From assembly GCA_965217775.1 (NCBI GenBank), contig CBDCJH010000001.1:64001-128000 (forward strand): a stretch of DNA of 64,000 nucleotides, given 5' to 3'. Positions within the stretch are counted from its first letter, which is position 1. Each line of letters begins with the position of its first letter. Position numbers and translations under genes: made by a program. Positions 1 to 8,511 of the stretch are shown in pieces. The stretch is from Acidobacteriota bacterium (GTDB lineage: Bacteria > Acidobacteriota > UBA6911 > RPQK01 > JAJDTT01). The notes below the pieces were generated by a model. The model was not told the DNA's origin and ran no database searches. It saw only the letters and a list, made by a program, of their open reading frames with translations.

Positions 1-1233
1 GATTCCTTTCAGATAGAGGCGAGACTCGATGTAGGTTCTCCATGGACGTTTCCGGGTAAAGTCCTTTTCCTCAATCATAGAAATAAGAGGGGGACCACGC
101 CTCTTAGTTGGCATGGTGCGGCACTTTTGTATGTCTCTCGCACACTTCATTGCATTGGGTGTCAGCGGCGTTGCGATCTCATAGTTTTCAAACTTGCCGT
201 AGGACACGTCCACGTAGAAGACCGGGGACCACGTGTTTCTCTTAGCCTTGTCCATGAGCGAGAATCGGCCTCCGAACGTGTAAGCAGAATAAATGTCATC
301 TACATCCCAAATTCGAAGCGCCTTCTCACTACCCGTTATGCTTTGAAGGACGTACCTCCCAATAAAGCCACCCGACCACTGGTAGCGATCGTTTGATCCC
401 AACGCTGCGACTGGGAAGTAGCGACCGACAACACCACCAAGGTGAATCGTCGCAGCTTTCTGTGACTGGATAAACGCACTCGAATCGAAGCCACCGCTGG
501 CGTCCCCGGTGCTTGTCTTCACGCCAACCGAAGAAAGGCGAATGTTGACAATGGGATCAACGACGCATTCTCTTTCTGGGTCCACTATGGCTGGCATCAG
601 GTCAAGCGCCATGTACAGGTTCGCCTTAGTGAACGGTTCATTCGACCCCGCTTGAGCAGGGGCTTGAAGGTTCAACCTGTGCGTAGAGTTCGCCAGAACC
701 ACTCCAGCCGTGGCGTTCGCCCGCAGTAGACTTAGTACTGTTTTGTCGTCGGAATCACCTGCTGTGCCTTTGGCGTGTTCCGACCATGGGCCGCCGCCGC
801 CTTCATTGTAAGCGCGAACCCGGTAGTGTTTCGTCGTACCGGCAAGGAGGTCGGTGTGGTGATACTTTGGTTTCTTGGGGTCAATGTCGTCGCATAGGAT
901 GATCCAGCCGGTGTTGCCGTCGTCGGAGACTTGGAGCGTGTAACCGGTGATCGTGGCATCTGCAGCCGGTTTGTTCCACGTCACCTCGATGCTACTGATT
1001 CCGGAGACCGCTTTCAGTCCACAGACTTTTTCTGGCTTTGGTGGGGAGGTCGTCTCCCCCGTGCCTGTCCCGAACCCGAGGACAGAGGCGTACATGAGGA
1101 CGATGAGGAAGGCAAGAATATGACTGAGACGGGAGATAAATGAGAGCTTCTTACTCCTCCGCCACCCTCGCGGACCATTTGGCAGATTGGGCGGGATGTC
1201 GGGAGTGAGCCATCGGGCGGGTTCTTCTGACAC
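1..1233 (-). CDS. Membrane-anchored or secreted fibronectin type III domain protein (3' end runs off the window)
   Basis: Manual translation gives 411 open codons from GTG at 1233, with AAGGAGG RBS at 1239-1245. N-terminal hydrophobic stretch HILAFLIVLMYASVLG. FN3 hallmarks IEVTWNKP..ITGYTLQVS..TKHYRVRAYNEGGGGPWS. Absent from the ORF track because there is no stop in the window. Confidence 0.8.
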   Translation of the reverse strand, partial: MSEEPARWLTPDIPPNLPNGPRGWRRSKKLSFISRLSHILAFLIVLMYASVLGFGTGTGETTSPPKPEKVCGLKAVSGISSIEVTWNKPAADATITGYTLQVSDDGNTGWIILCDDIDPKKPKYHHTDLLAGTTKHYRVRAYNEGGGGPWSEHAKGTAGDSDDKTVLSLLRANATAGVVLANSTHRLNLQAPAQAGSNEPFTKANLYMALDLMPAIVDPERECVVDPIVNIRLSSVGVKTSTGDASGGFDSSAFIQSQKAATIHLGGVVGRYFPVAALGSNDRYQWSGGFIGRYVLQSITGSEKALRIWDVDDIYSAYTFGGRFSLMDKAKRNTWSPVFYVDVSYGKFENYEIATPLTPNAMKCARDIQKCRTMPTKRRGPPLISMIEEKDFTRKRPWRTYIESRLYLKGI

Positions 1234-1969
1234 TCTAACCTCCTTGAGGAAACCGTACCATTAGTTACCGTATCTATGACTTCGATCATGCCGAGTGAGT
1301 TGCTGAATTCAAGATAAAGTGCCTTACAGGAAATAATCCCACATATCGTCATGCTCTAAGTTGGCCGCCACTTCTGTGCATATCTCAAGTGAACTTTCCC
1401 TGTAACTAAGGACGCAACTTTTTTTAAACGAGAATGCGGAATGTTACAACTTAGTACGTGCCTTTTTAGTCCCCATTTCTCATCACCGAAACGGAAGTCG
1501 GTGCGTTTAACGGCATTTCAATGGTTTTCTTATTCATATGAATTCAAGTGCCGTCTTGCCGACTCGAATGTGGCGACAAAAGCCAAGATCGGGCGATGTC
1601 CAGAGGCATTTGACGTCCCACCTGCGTTCATGAGCCAGATTTCTCAAAGAGCCGACTCCAGCGCAGAGTCCGTCCGGCGCGGCGGACTCCCAAGGTGGCG
1701 TCTTCCCATTCGCTGTTTCCCGTCAACAGCGAACCTGGAGGGATTGCCCTCGCGCCAGAACCGATCACAAACACGAATTGCTAGCCCTGGTTTCACGAGC
1801 CGAAGCGGCTCCTGGCGGCTCACAAGTCTATCACCTGATGTTCAAATACCTATGACGTTTGGGAAACGAGAACCGGACAGTTTCCCCGAAAAAATTGAGG
1901 AGAGGCGCGATAGCCGTAGGTCCGAGGGAGTCGCTGTTGGCGGCGGCCTTCGCCGCTATGCTGGCGCCT

Positions 1970-2071
1970 CGATCTCCCTTCCTGCTTGCCGTGTAGCGGA
2001 TCGTTCGTGGCGTCCACGTTCAGGATCATGTACGCGGGCGGCGCTTGGTGCGCTTCCAGGAACACCTCCAC
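1970..2071 (-). pseudogene. IS1380-family transposase internal fragment
   Basis: VFLEAHQAPPAYMILNVDATNDPLHGKQEGR resembles the IS1380 motif LDxDATDDPxHGxQEG. Only about 34 codons are present. Confidence 0.7.
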
Positions 2072-2316
2072 CGGTCGGAACCAGAGAGAAGGGGACAGTC
2101 ACGTTTTCTGCATGCGATTCGCCAGGACCGAAAAGGGGACAGTCACATTCTCTGCTGTCGCTACTGGGGAGCTCCAGACTCGACTTCCACCGAGCCGCTC
2201 TTCGCCTGGAGACCCAAGAGGAGGATCGAAGCCCTATTGGCCGTTTCGACCTTGACCGAAGAGGAGAAGGAGACAGTCTATTTGTCGCGCGCCGTTGTCC
2301 TTGGTACGGTAGCGTA

Positions 2317-2760
2317 TCAGGTTAGTCCAGACGTAAACGATTGGGTGACCAGGCCCTTGGCCGCGTCTATCCCACCCTCCTTGATCAGGCGAGCAAGAAT
2401 CTTTCCAAAAGTCTCGTCGGGTTGCTGGACGCCATCGGGAATGGAGTTGAGTAGCTTCAGCGCCTTCTCGGTCAACATGCAGCCGTTGACCTGTAGTCCT
2501 CCACGCTGGAGAGCCCGAACGTACTCATTCTCTACGAGCCAATCGATCGTCGAAAAGGCGATCCGCATCTGCTTCTGCTTCTCCTCGTCCACATCCTCTG
2601 AGTCGTCCTTGCGAGAGTAAAAGATGTCACCGTATCCTTTGGGGCGAGTGTCACCGCTGATTTCCCACGCCATAAGATCTTGTCTGACCGGAAAGTTCTC
2701 ATAGAGGCGGCCCAAAATGATGGCGACGTATTCGTTGAACAGGTCGATGTTCTGCGTCAT
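2317..2760 (-). CDS. Hypothetical protein (147 aa)
   Basis: ATG with GGGAGG RBS and protein-like composition (MTQNIDLFNEYVAIILGRLYENFPV). Confidence 0.75.
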   Translation of the reverse strand: MTQNIDLFNEYVAIILGRLYENFPVRQDLMAWEISGDTRPKGYGDIFYSRKDDSEDVDEEKQKQMRIAFSTIDWLVENEYVRALQRGGLQVNGCMLTEKALKLLNSIPDGVQQPDETFGKILARLIKEGGIDAAKGLVTQSFTSGLT

Positions 2761-2853
2761 GCGTCCTCCCCGTAATGGCTGAGTTGGAGCCGAAACTCCA
2801 CTTTACGAGGTGTTCCCACTCGGAGAGAAGGGGACAGTCACGTTTTCTGCATG

Positions 2854-3090
2854 CGCGGCGAGGGCCAAGGCAGTGGCGCCCTCACCGTTCTGGGCGTCGA
2901 TCCGGGCCCTGCGGTCCAGCAGCAATTCCGCGACTTCAGCATGACCGTTCGAGGCGGCTTGCATCAGGGGGGTCCGACCATCGTCGTCCCGAACATCCGG
3001 GTCCGCCCCCCGGTCCAGCAGCAGCTTGGCGATCTCCGGGAATCCCTGATACGCCGCGAAGGCGAGAGCCGTCTGGCCTCCCGCGCCTCG
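2854..3090 (-). pseudogene. Diverged partial copy of the ankyrin gene (matches 4582-4818)
   Basis: 237-bp ungapped alignment with about 22 mismatches by eye, bounded by junction motifs at 2830 and 3112. Confidence 0.9.
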
Positions 3091-3383
3091 GGTTCCCACG
3101 GGACGCGAGAAGGGGACAGTCTATTTTTCCCGCCCTCGGTTCCAACTGCGCCCACCACTGGACCCTTGCCTGCCAGGTCGATTATCTGGTCACGGACCCT
3201 CTACGCGAGAGGGGACCAGATTAGGGACCGCTTGGAGAGGTTGGCGAGGGTGCCTTTCTTGACGTGGCTCTTAGGGCGGTAGGACTTGCTCAGGAGGGGC
3301 CGGAGAGAAGGGGGCAGTCACGTTTTCCGCCCCTCGTTCGATGTCAGGAGGATGGCGGGGGGGGGGGGGGGGGCGCAGACCGG

Positions 3384-3605
3384 CTACTCCTGCTCCTGGA
3401 GCAATCTGGCCAGCGCAAGAAGGGGACAATCTATTTTTCCCATGATGACGTGTGAAACGTACCGTCTTCCCGCCAATACGCCAGCCCATGCGCCGACGGC
3501 CGCAGAGCCTATGGCGAGAAGGGCCTCATTCTCTTTCTCGTAGAATGCCAACAGCACGGAACCCAGCACAGATAGAACAATGGCCGTGCCCAGCGATATT
3601 GCCAC
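3384..3605 (-). pseudogene. Chimeric small membrane-protein ORF fused through a junction motif to a copy of the ankyrin gene's 3' end
   Basis: Two hydrophobic segments, then motif-encoded GKIDCPLL, then ARLLQEQE-stop, identical to the C-terminus of the 4435-6318 protein. Confidence 0.55.
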
Positions 3606-3703
3606 GACTCGATAAAAGAACTGGTACGATTCATAGGTGGGGGGTGGAACCTATCGCAATTGCAGAATTCCCACTATCGCCCCAATCCTGGGGAGCGGGG
3701 GTT

Positions 3704-3925
3704 TCAGCCACCTCTCAGCCCCATAATGACAAGACGCTCCATCGAACCGTCCTTCTTGCGTCTGTACAATTCTCCACCGTCTTCGACCAACCTGGTCAGA
3801 TCGTCCATCACCGACAATGCGCTACTCACAGTTGATGCTTTGCTTCGCGAGTCCAATTTTTGCGTCAGCCTGTTGGTGATTTCGATATCGCGCTCGGTCA
3901 GATTCATGGTGACTTTTCGTAACAC
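3704..3925 (-). CDS. Small protein, possibly ribbon-helix-helix DNA-binding
   Basis: GGAGG RBS. KVTMNLTE beta-strand pattern followed by SKASTVSSAL helix. Confidence 0.6.
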   Translation of the reverse strand: MLRKVTMNLTERDIEITNRLTQKLDSRSKASTVSSALSVMDDLTRLVEDGGELYRRKKDGSMERLVIMGLRGG

Positions 3926-4195
3926 GTGTGCCTCCTATGTGGTTGCAGATTCCAACCATGCTTCGTTCTGGATGCGCATTGTGCCGCCAAGTCGAGGGAC
4001 GTCGAGAGGCCAACCCTGGATCCATCCACCTTTTCAGTCGATGCCAAAGCCCATTCAGCAGCATCTTCAACACTTAACGAGTACTAGAACACATACAGAC
4101 AATGTATGGCGAATATACAGATAAAGTATGGTCATAGTCAAGGTCAAGGGGGGTCGGAACAGGGGACAGTTCCCTTTTCACGAGGTGTGGGTCCG

Positions 4196-4290
4196 TTTTT
4201 GTTGTTCCGGTTCCCGGTGGTGTTCCTGTTGCGGTTCGCGGAGCGCAGGTTCCTGGGGTTGTTGTTCCAGGAGCCGCCGCGAAAAACGCG
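4196..4290 (-). repeat. Diversity-generating retroelement template repeat (TR), CLec/FGE-sulfatase type, 3'-truncated and orphan in this window
   Basis: Reads RVFRGGSWNNNPRNLRSANRNRNTTGNRNN, with every Asn encoded by AAC (10 codons). Confidence 0.85.
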
Positions 4291-4434
4291 CTGGGGGGAC
4301 GGTCAGGCCTCTGGACGGGGCCGAAGTGCACCTCCCGGAAGATCGCCTCGAGGGGACAGTCACGTTTTCCGCAGAGAGAAGGGAACCGCGCAGAGAGAAG
4401 GGAACCGGATTCGCGCGTGCGGCCCAGACGGCTT

Positions 4435-6318
4435 CTACTCCTGTTCCTGGAGTAATCTCGCCGTGACCTTTCGACCTTCGGCCTGAGCCAGCATGAGGGG
4501 ATTGCTTCCCTGGTGGTTCCGGATACGCACGTCAGCGCCGCGGCTCAGCAACAGCCGGGCCAGGTCCGTCTGACCTCGGGACGCGGCGAGGGCCAAGGCA
4601 GTGGCGCCCTCTCCGTCCTGGGCATCGATCCGGGCCCCCCGGTCCAGTAGCAGTTCCGCCACTTCAGCATGACCGTTCCAGGCGGCTTGCATCAGTGGGG
4701 TCCGGCCGGAATCGTCTTGGACATCCGGGTCCGCCCCCCGGTCCAGCAGCAGCTTGGCGATCTCCGGAAATCCCTGATACGCCGCGAAGGTGAGGGCCGT
4801 CTGGCCCCCCGCGCCTCGCGCTCCGACACGAGCGCCGCGTTGCAACAGTTTCCGCACCGACTCGATTCGCCCCCTGTAGGCCGCCATGCCCAGAAAAGAC
4901 TGGCCGCGGGGGGCGAGCGAATTCACGTCCACACCCGCCGCCAACAGGGCGTCGACGATGGGACCGCGGTCCTGGCTCAGCGCCAGCCCCAGGGCCGTCC
5001 AGCCCTCGTTGCTGCGAGAGTCGAGCCGGGCGCCGCCGTCGATGAGCCGCCGCGCCACTTCGGCGTGACCATGGAGGGCGGCGTAGATGAGCGGCGTCCT
5101 CCCCTCCCGGTCCGGCCGGTCCGGATCGGTCCCCCGGGCCAGCAGGACCTTGACCGTCGCCTCGTTTCCTTCCAACGCGGCGTGCACCAGAAGGGTTCGA
5201 CCCGCCTCGTCGGGGGTATCGACCCGTTCCCCGGCCGGGAGCAGCGCTTCGATGACCTTCGTGTGGTCGTACCAGACGGCCAGGTCCAGAGCCGTCTGGC
5301 CCCGATTGGACTTGATCTGCGGATCCGCGCCCGCCGCCAGAAGCGCCTTGACCGCATCCGCCTTCCCCTGGGAGGCGGCCTGCGTGAGAGGTGTCCGGCC
5401 TTGACTGTCGCGGCTGTCCACCACGGCCCCCGCCCGGATCAGAGCCTCGACGATGGGTGCAAAGCCATTGTAGGCCGCCGCCGCCAGTGGTCCGTTGCCC
5501 TCCTTGTCCCGAAAGCCGGTGGCGGCGCCGTGGGCCAGCAGGAATCGGGCCGCTTCGGTCTTCCCTCCCGACGCCGCATGCATCAGGAGCGGGATGCCGT
5601 TGACGTCCACCTCATCGACGTCGGCTCCGTAGCGCACCAGGAGAGCAGCCGTTCGTCCGTGGCCCTCGAACAGGGCCAAGGCGAGAGCCGTCCAGTTGTC
5701 GCGGCTCCGAGTCCCGACCTTGGATCCTCCTTCGAGCAGAGCCTCGACCACAGGCAGGTCGCCCTGGGACGATGCCCGCATCAGGACGGTCCAGCCCGTC
5801 TTGTCTCGCGCGTCGGGTCCGGCCCCGGCCGCCAACAGTGTCCGGACCACCGCCACGCTCCCTCCCAGTACTCCCCAGACCAAGGGCGTATGTCCGCTGG
5901 CGTCGGTGGAGCGTATGTCCGCTCCCACCTCCAGCAAGGCGCCAACGACAGCCACATGTCCGGATCCGGAACCGATCATCAGGGCGGTGGCGCCGTCCCG
6001 GGTTCTGGCTTCCAGTTCCGACCCCCGGGACAGGAGCAGGCGGACGGTCTGTTCATTCCCGCCCATGGCGGCGTACATGAGAGGATTCAATCCGTCCGGA
6101 TCCCGAACCAACACGCTGGCGCCCCGGTCCAACAAGGCCGCGACCTGATCGGTGCGGCCCTCCACGGCGGCCCCGATCAGGGCCGCATTGAGCTCCTGAT
6201 CCTGACCGGCGGCGGAGACGTTGGACGACAGAAGACCCAGAACCAACCACCGGGCGAGGAAGTCCCGGCCCCGCGGTTTCGGCCTTGGCCGCACTTGATA
6301 TCCGGTGGCTCGGAACAT
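4435..6318 (-). CDS. Secreted ankyrin-repeat protein (about 17 repeats)
   Basis: Repeated GxTPLxxAAxxG...LL..GA units and an N-terminal signal-like sequence. Confidence 0.95.
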   Translation of the reverse strand: MFRATGYQVRPRPKPRGRDFLARWLVLGLLSSNVSAAGQDQELNAALIGAAVEGRTDQVAALLDRGASVLVRDPDGLNPLMYAAMGGNEQTVRLLLSRGSELEARTRDGATALMIGSGSGHVAVVGALLEVGADIRSTDASGHTPLVWGVLGGSVAVVRTLLAAGAGPDARDKTGWTVLMRASSQGDLPVVEALLEGGSKVGTRSRDNWTALALALFEGHGRTAALLVRYGADVDEVDVNGIPLLMHAASGGKTEAARFLLAHGAATGFRDKEGNGPLAAAAYNGFAPIVEALIRAGAVVDSRDSQGRTPLTQAASQGKADAVKALLAAGADPQIKSNRGQTALDLAVWYDHTKVIEALLPAGERVDTPDEAGRTLLVHAALEGNEATVKVLLARGTDPDRPDREGRTPLIYAALHGHAEVARRLIDGGARLDSRSNEGWTALGLALSQDRGPIVDALLAAGVDVNSLAPRGQSFLGMAAYRGRIESVRKLLQRGARVGARGAGGQTALTFAAYQGFPEIAKLLLDRGADPDVQDDSGRTPLMQAAWNGHAEVAELLLDRGARIDAQDGEGATALALAASRGQTDLARLLLSRGADVRIRNHQGSNPLMLAQAEGRKVTARLLQEQE

Positions 6319-6369
6319 AAGATTTCGTTGCTGGAAACCCGCTCCAGTCTAGTTTAAGCGACCGCTCCC

Positions 6370-7521
6370 ATGCCAAGAAGAAGTGTCGTCGATCTTCCGC
6401 CTTCCAGTATCCGCATGATGTTCAACGAGGCTGCGGGAAAGGAAGACGTCGTCCATCTCTCCATCGGGCAACCGGATTTCAACACGCCCGCTCCGGTCAT
6501 CGAGGCCATGGTGAATGCTCTTCACGAGGGCAAGACCCGCTACGCCCTGGATTCGGGCGTCCCCGAATTCAGAGAGGCCATCGGCGGCTACTATGAGAGA
6601 ACCCAGGGCGTTCAAGTCCGTCCCGAAGAGATCCTGGTCACTGACGGCGCAGTGGAGGCCATCACCCTGACACTTCAGGCCTTCATCAGTCCAGGCGATG
6701 AGGTCATCTTGCTGGAACCGGCTTTCGTCGTCTACGCTCCATTCATTCGGATGATCGGCGGGGAACCCGTTTCCGTGGTGACGAGGGTCGAAGACGGCTA
6801 CATACCCGATCCCAATCAGGTCGAAGCCGCCGTCACTCCCCGAACCAGGATGATCCTGGTCAACTCCCCCTGCAATCCCACCGGGTCGACCTATCCGGTG
6901 GAGGTCCTCCAGGGGCTGGCCGCAGTGGCGCGGAGGCATGGCCTGTTGCTGGGCTCGGACGAAGTCTATGAACAACTGGTCTACGACCATGAGGGGAGTT
7001 ACCCCTCCATGCTGGCGCTGGAGCCCGACCGGGACCGTCTCTTCGTGTTCCACAGCTTGTCCAAAACCTACGCCATGACCGGCATCCGAGTCGGCTGGGT
7101 CGTGACGGGCCATTCCAATTGGCGGCTCCTGCAAAAGCTCCACACTTTTACCACCACCGTGGCCAACACGCCGGGCCAGTGGGCCGGCATCGAGGCGCTG
7201 ACCGGAGATCAGACCTTTATCCCCCCCATGGTTTCCGAGTACCGGGAACGGCGCAATCTGGCCCTGGATCTGCTTCGAGACATACCGCATCTCTCCAGCT
7301 ATACCCCGGGAGGGGCCTTCTACATCTTTCCCAGATTCGATCTGGACCTGGATGCGGATACGTTTTGCCTGCGTCTCCTGGAGGAGGCGCGAGTCTGTTG
7401 CATTCCCGGAACCGGCTTCGGCGAGTCTTGCCGCCGGGCCTTCAGAATTTCATACGCAGTGGGTCCGGACACCATCCGGGAGGGACTTAGGAGGATACGA
7501 CAGTGGCTTACCCGATTCTGA
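6370..7521 (+). CDS. PLP-dependent aminotransferase class I/II (aspartate aminotransferase-like)
   Basis: LSIGQPDF, NSPCNPTG, SDEVY, SLSKTYAMTGIRVGW. Confidence 0.92.
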   Translation: MPRRSVVDLPPSSIRMMFNEAAGKEDVVHLSIGQPDFNTPAPVIEAMVNALHEGKTRYALDSGVPEFREAIGGYYERTQGVQVRPEEILVTDGAVEAITLTLQAFISPGDEVILLEPAFVVYAPFIRMIGGEPVSVVTRVEDGYIPDPNQVEAAVTPRTRMILVNSPCNPTGSTYPVEVLQGLAAVARRHGLLLGSDEVYEQLVYDHEGSYPSMLALEPDRDRLFVFHSLSKTYAMTGIRVGWVVTGHSNWRLLQKLHTFTTTVANTPGQWAGIEALTGDQTFIPPMVSEYRERRNLALDLLRDIPHLSSYTPGGAFYIFPRFDLDLDADTFCLRLLEEARVCCIPGTGFGESCRRAFRISYAVGPDTIREGLRRIRQWLTRF

Positions 7522-8483
7522 TCATCAGCCAGAAAGAGATCATCTCACGATTCAGCATCCAGGAGTCCATCGACATGGTGGAGCAGGCCTTCGCCAATCA
7601 TGAGAAGGGGAACGACATCCTTCCCAAGAAACTCATTTTCCAGGTCCCGGGCGGCATCAGCGCCTGCATGGCCAGCATGCTCCCGGACCTGAACGTGCTG
7701 GCCATGAAACTGGGACAGGGCCGGGAAGAGAACCCCAAGCGGAACCTGCCCAACATACTCTCCCAGATCTCGCTGTTCGATCCCGACACGGGAAAGCCGC
7801 TGGCCCTGATGGATGGTTCCTGGGTGACCGGGCTCAGAACCGGAGCCTCGGCCGCGGTCGCCGTCAAGCACTTGGCCAGGACGGACGTTCGGACGCTGGG
7901 GATCCTGGGAGCCGGATTCCAGGGGAGGCACGCCCTGCGAGCCGCGGTTCAGGTCCGGTCCTTTGAGGAAATCCGGGTCTACGACTCCTTTCCCAAAGCC
8001 CTGGAAAGCTACGTCGCCGAGCTTTCCGAGGATCTGGGCCGACCGGTGGAGCCGGTCCGCCGCCCGCGGGATCTGGTCACGACGAGCGACGTCATCATTA
8101 CCTGCACCAATACCACCGTCCCCATCGTCCGGAACGAATGGTTGAGACCCGGGACCCACCTGTCGTGCATGGGGGCCGATCAAGCCTGGAAACAGGAATT
8201 AGCCAATGGCGTGCATGCACGGTGCACCATCTTCGGCGATCACATCGAGCAGATTTGCCACTTGGGCGAGGTCTCGGAACCGCTGGAAAAAGGCCATATC
8301 GACCGTTCCGATATCAGGGGCACACTGGGCCAGGTGATCAACGGCTCTATTGAGGGTCGCACTTCCGACGACGAGATCACTCTTTTTGACGCGACCGGAA
8401 TGGCCATCCAGGACGCGGCCGTCGCCCGCCGCATCTACGATCTGGCGGCTCAGGAAAAATTCGGGATCTGGGCCGAACTCTAA
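7503..8483 (+). CDS. Ornithine cyclodeaminase/mu-crystallin family protein
   Basis: TGLRTGA, GAGFQG, DEITLFDATGMAIQD. Confidence 0.9.
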   Translation: MAYPILIISQKEIISRFSIQESIDMVEQAFANHEKGNDILPKKLIFQVPGGISACMASMLPDLNVLAMKLGQGREENPKRNLPNILSQISLFDPDTGKPLALMDGSWVTGLRTGASAAVAVKHLARTDVRTLGILGAGFQGRHALRAAVQVRSFEEIRVYDSFPKALESYVAELSEDLGRPVEPVRRPRDLVTTSDVIITCTNTTVPIVRNEWLRPGTHLSCMGADQAWKQELANGVHARCTIFGDHIEQICHLGEVSEPLEKGHIDRSDIRGTLGQVINGSIEGRTSDDEITLFDATGMAIQDAAVARRIYDLAAQEKFGIWAEL

Positions 8484-8511
8484 TCTCCCACTCTACCCCC
8501 GATCTCCCCCT

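Larger units (their letters stand above)
2085..4410 (+). repeat. Cluster of co-oriented GAGAAGGGGACAGTC junction motifs (left array)
   Basis: GGGGACAG cores, exact or one mismatch, start at 2091, 2135, 2830, 3112, 3310, 3422, 4162 and 4352. Variants occur at 2269, 3211 and as a tandem CAGAGAGAAGGGAACCG at about 4372-4407. Confidence 0.85.

Noticed and set aside
2264-2285. GAGAAGGAGACAGTCTATTTG as a definite motif copy
   Set aside because: The core is mismatched and it may simply encode EEEKETVYL of a gene fragment. Counted only as a possible variant.
1441-2325. 294-aa plus-strand ORF
   Set aside because: It runs across an AT-rich region, an antisense IS scrap and motifs, with no protein-like features.
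2085-4410. Junction motifs as a CRISPR array
   Set aside because: Repeats are short and variable, spacing ranges from about 40 to 740 bp, and there are no cas genes.
2854-4818. Ankyrin fragment and gene as a DGR TR/VR pair
   Set aside because: Mismatches involve all four bases in both copies and are not adenine-specific.
4669-6357. Long antisense or alternate-frame ORFs (also 8650-9963, 20359-21771, 24954-26264, 54934-57087)
   Set aside because: Shadow frames of well-supported genes in GC-rich DNA.
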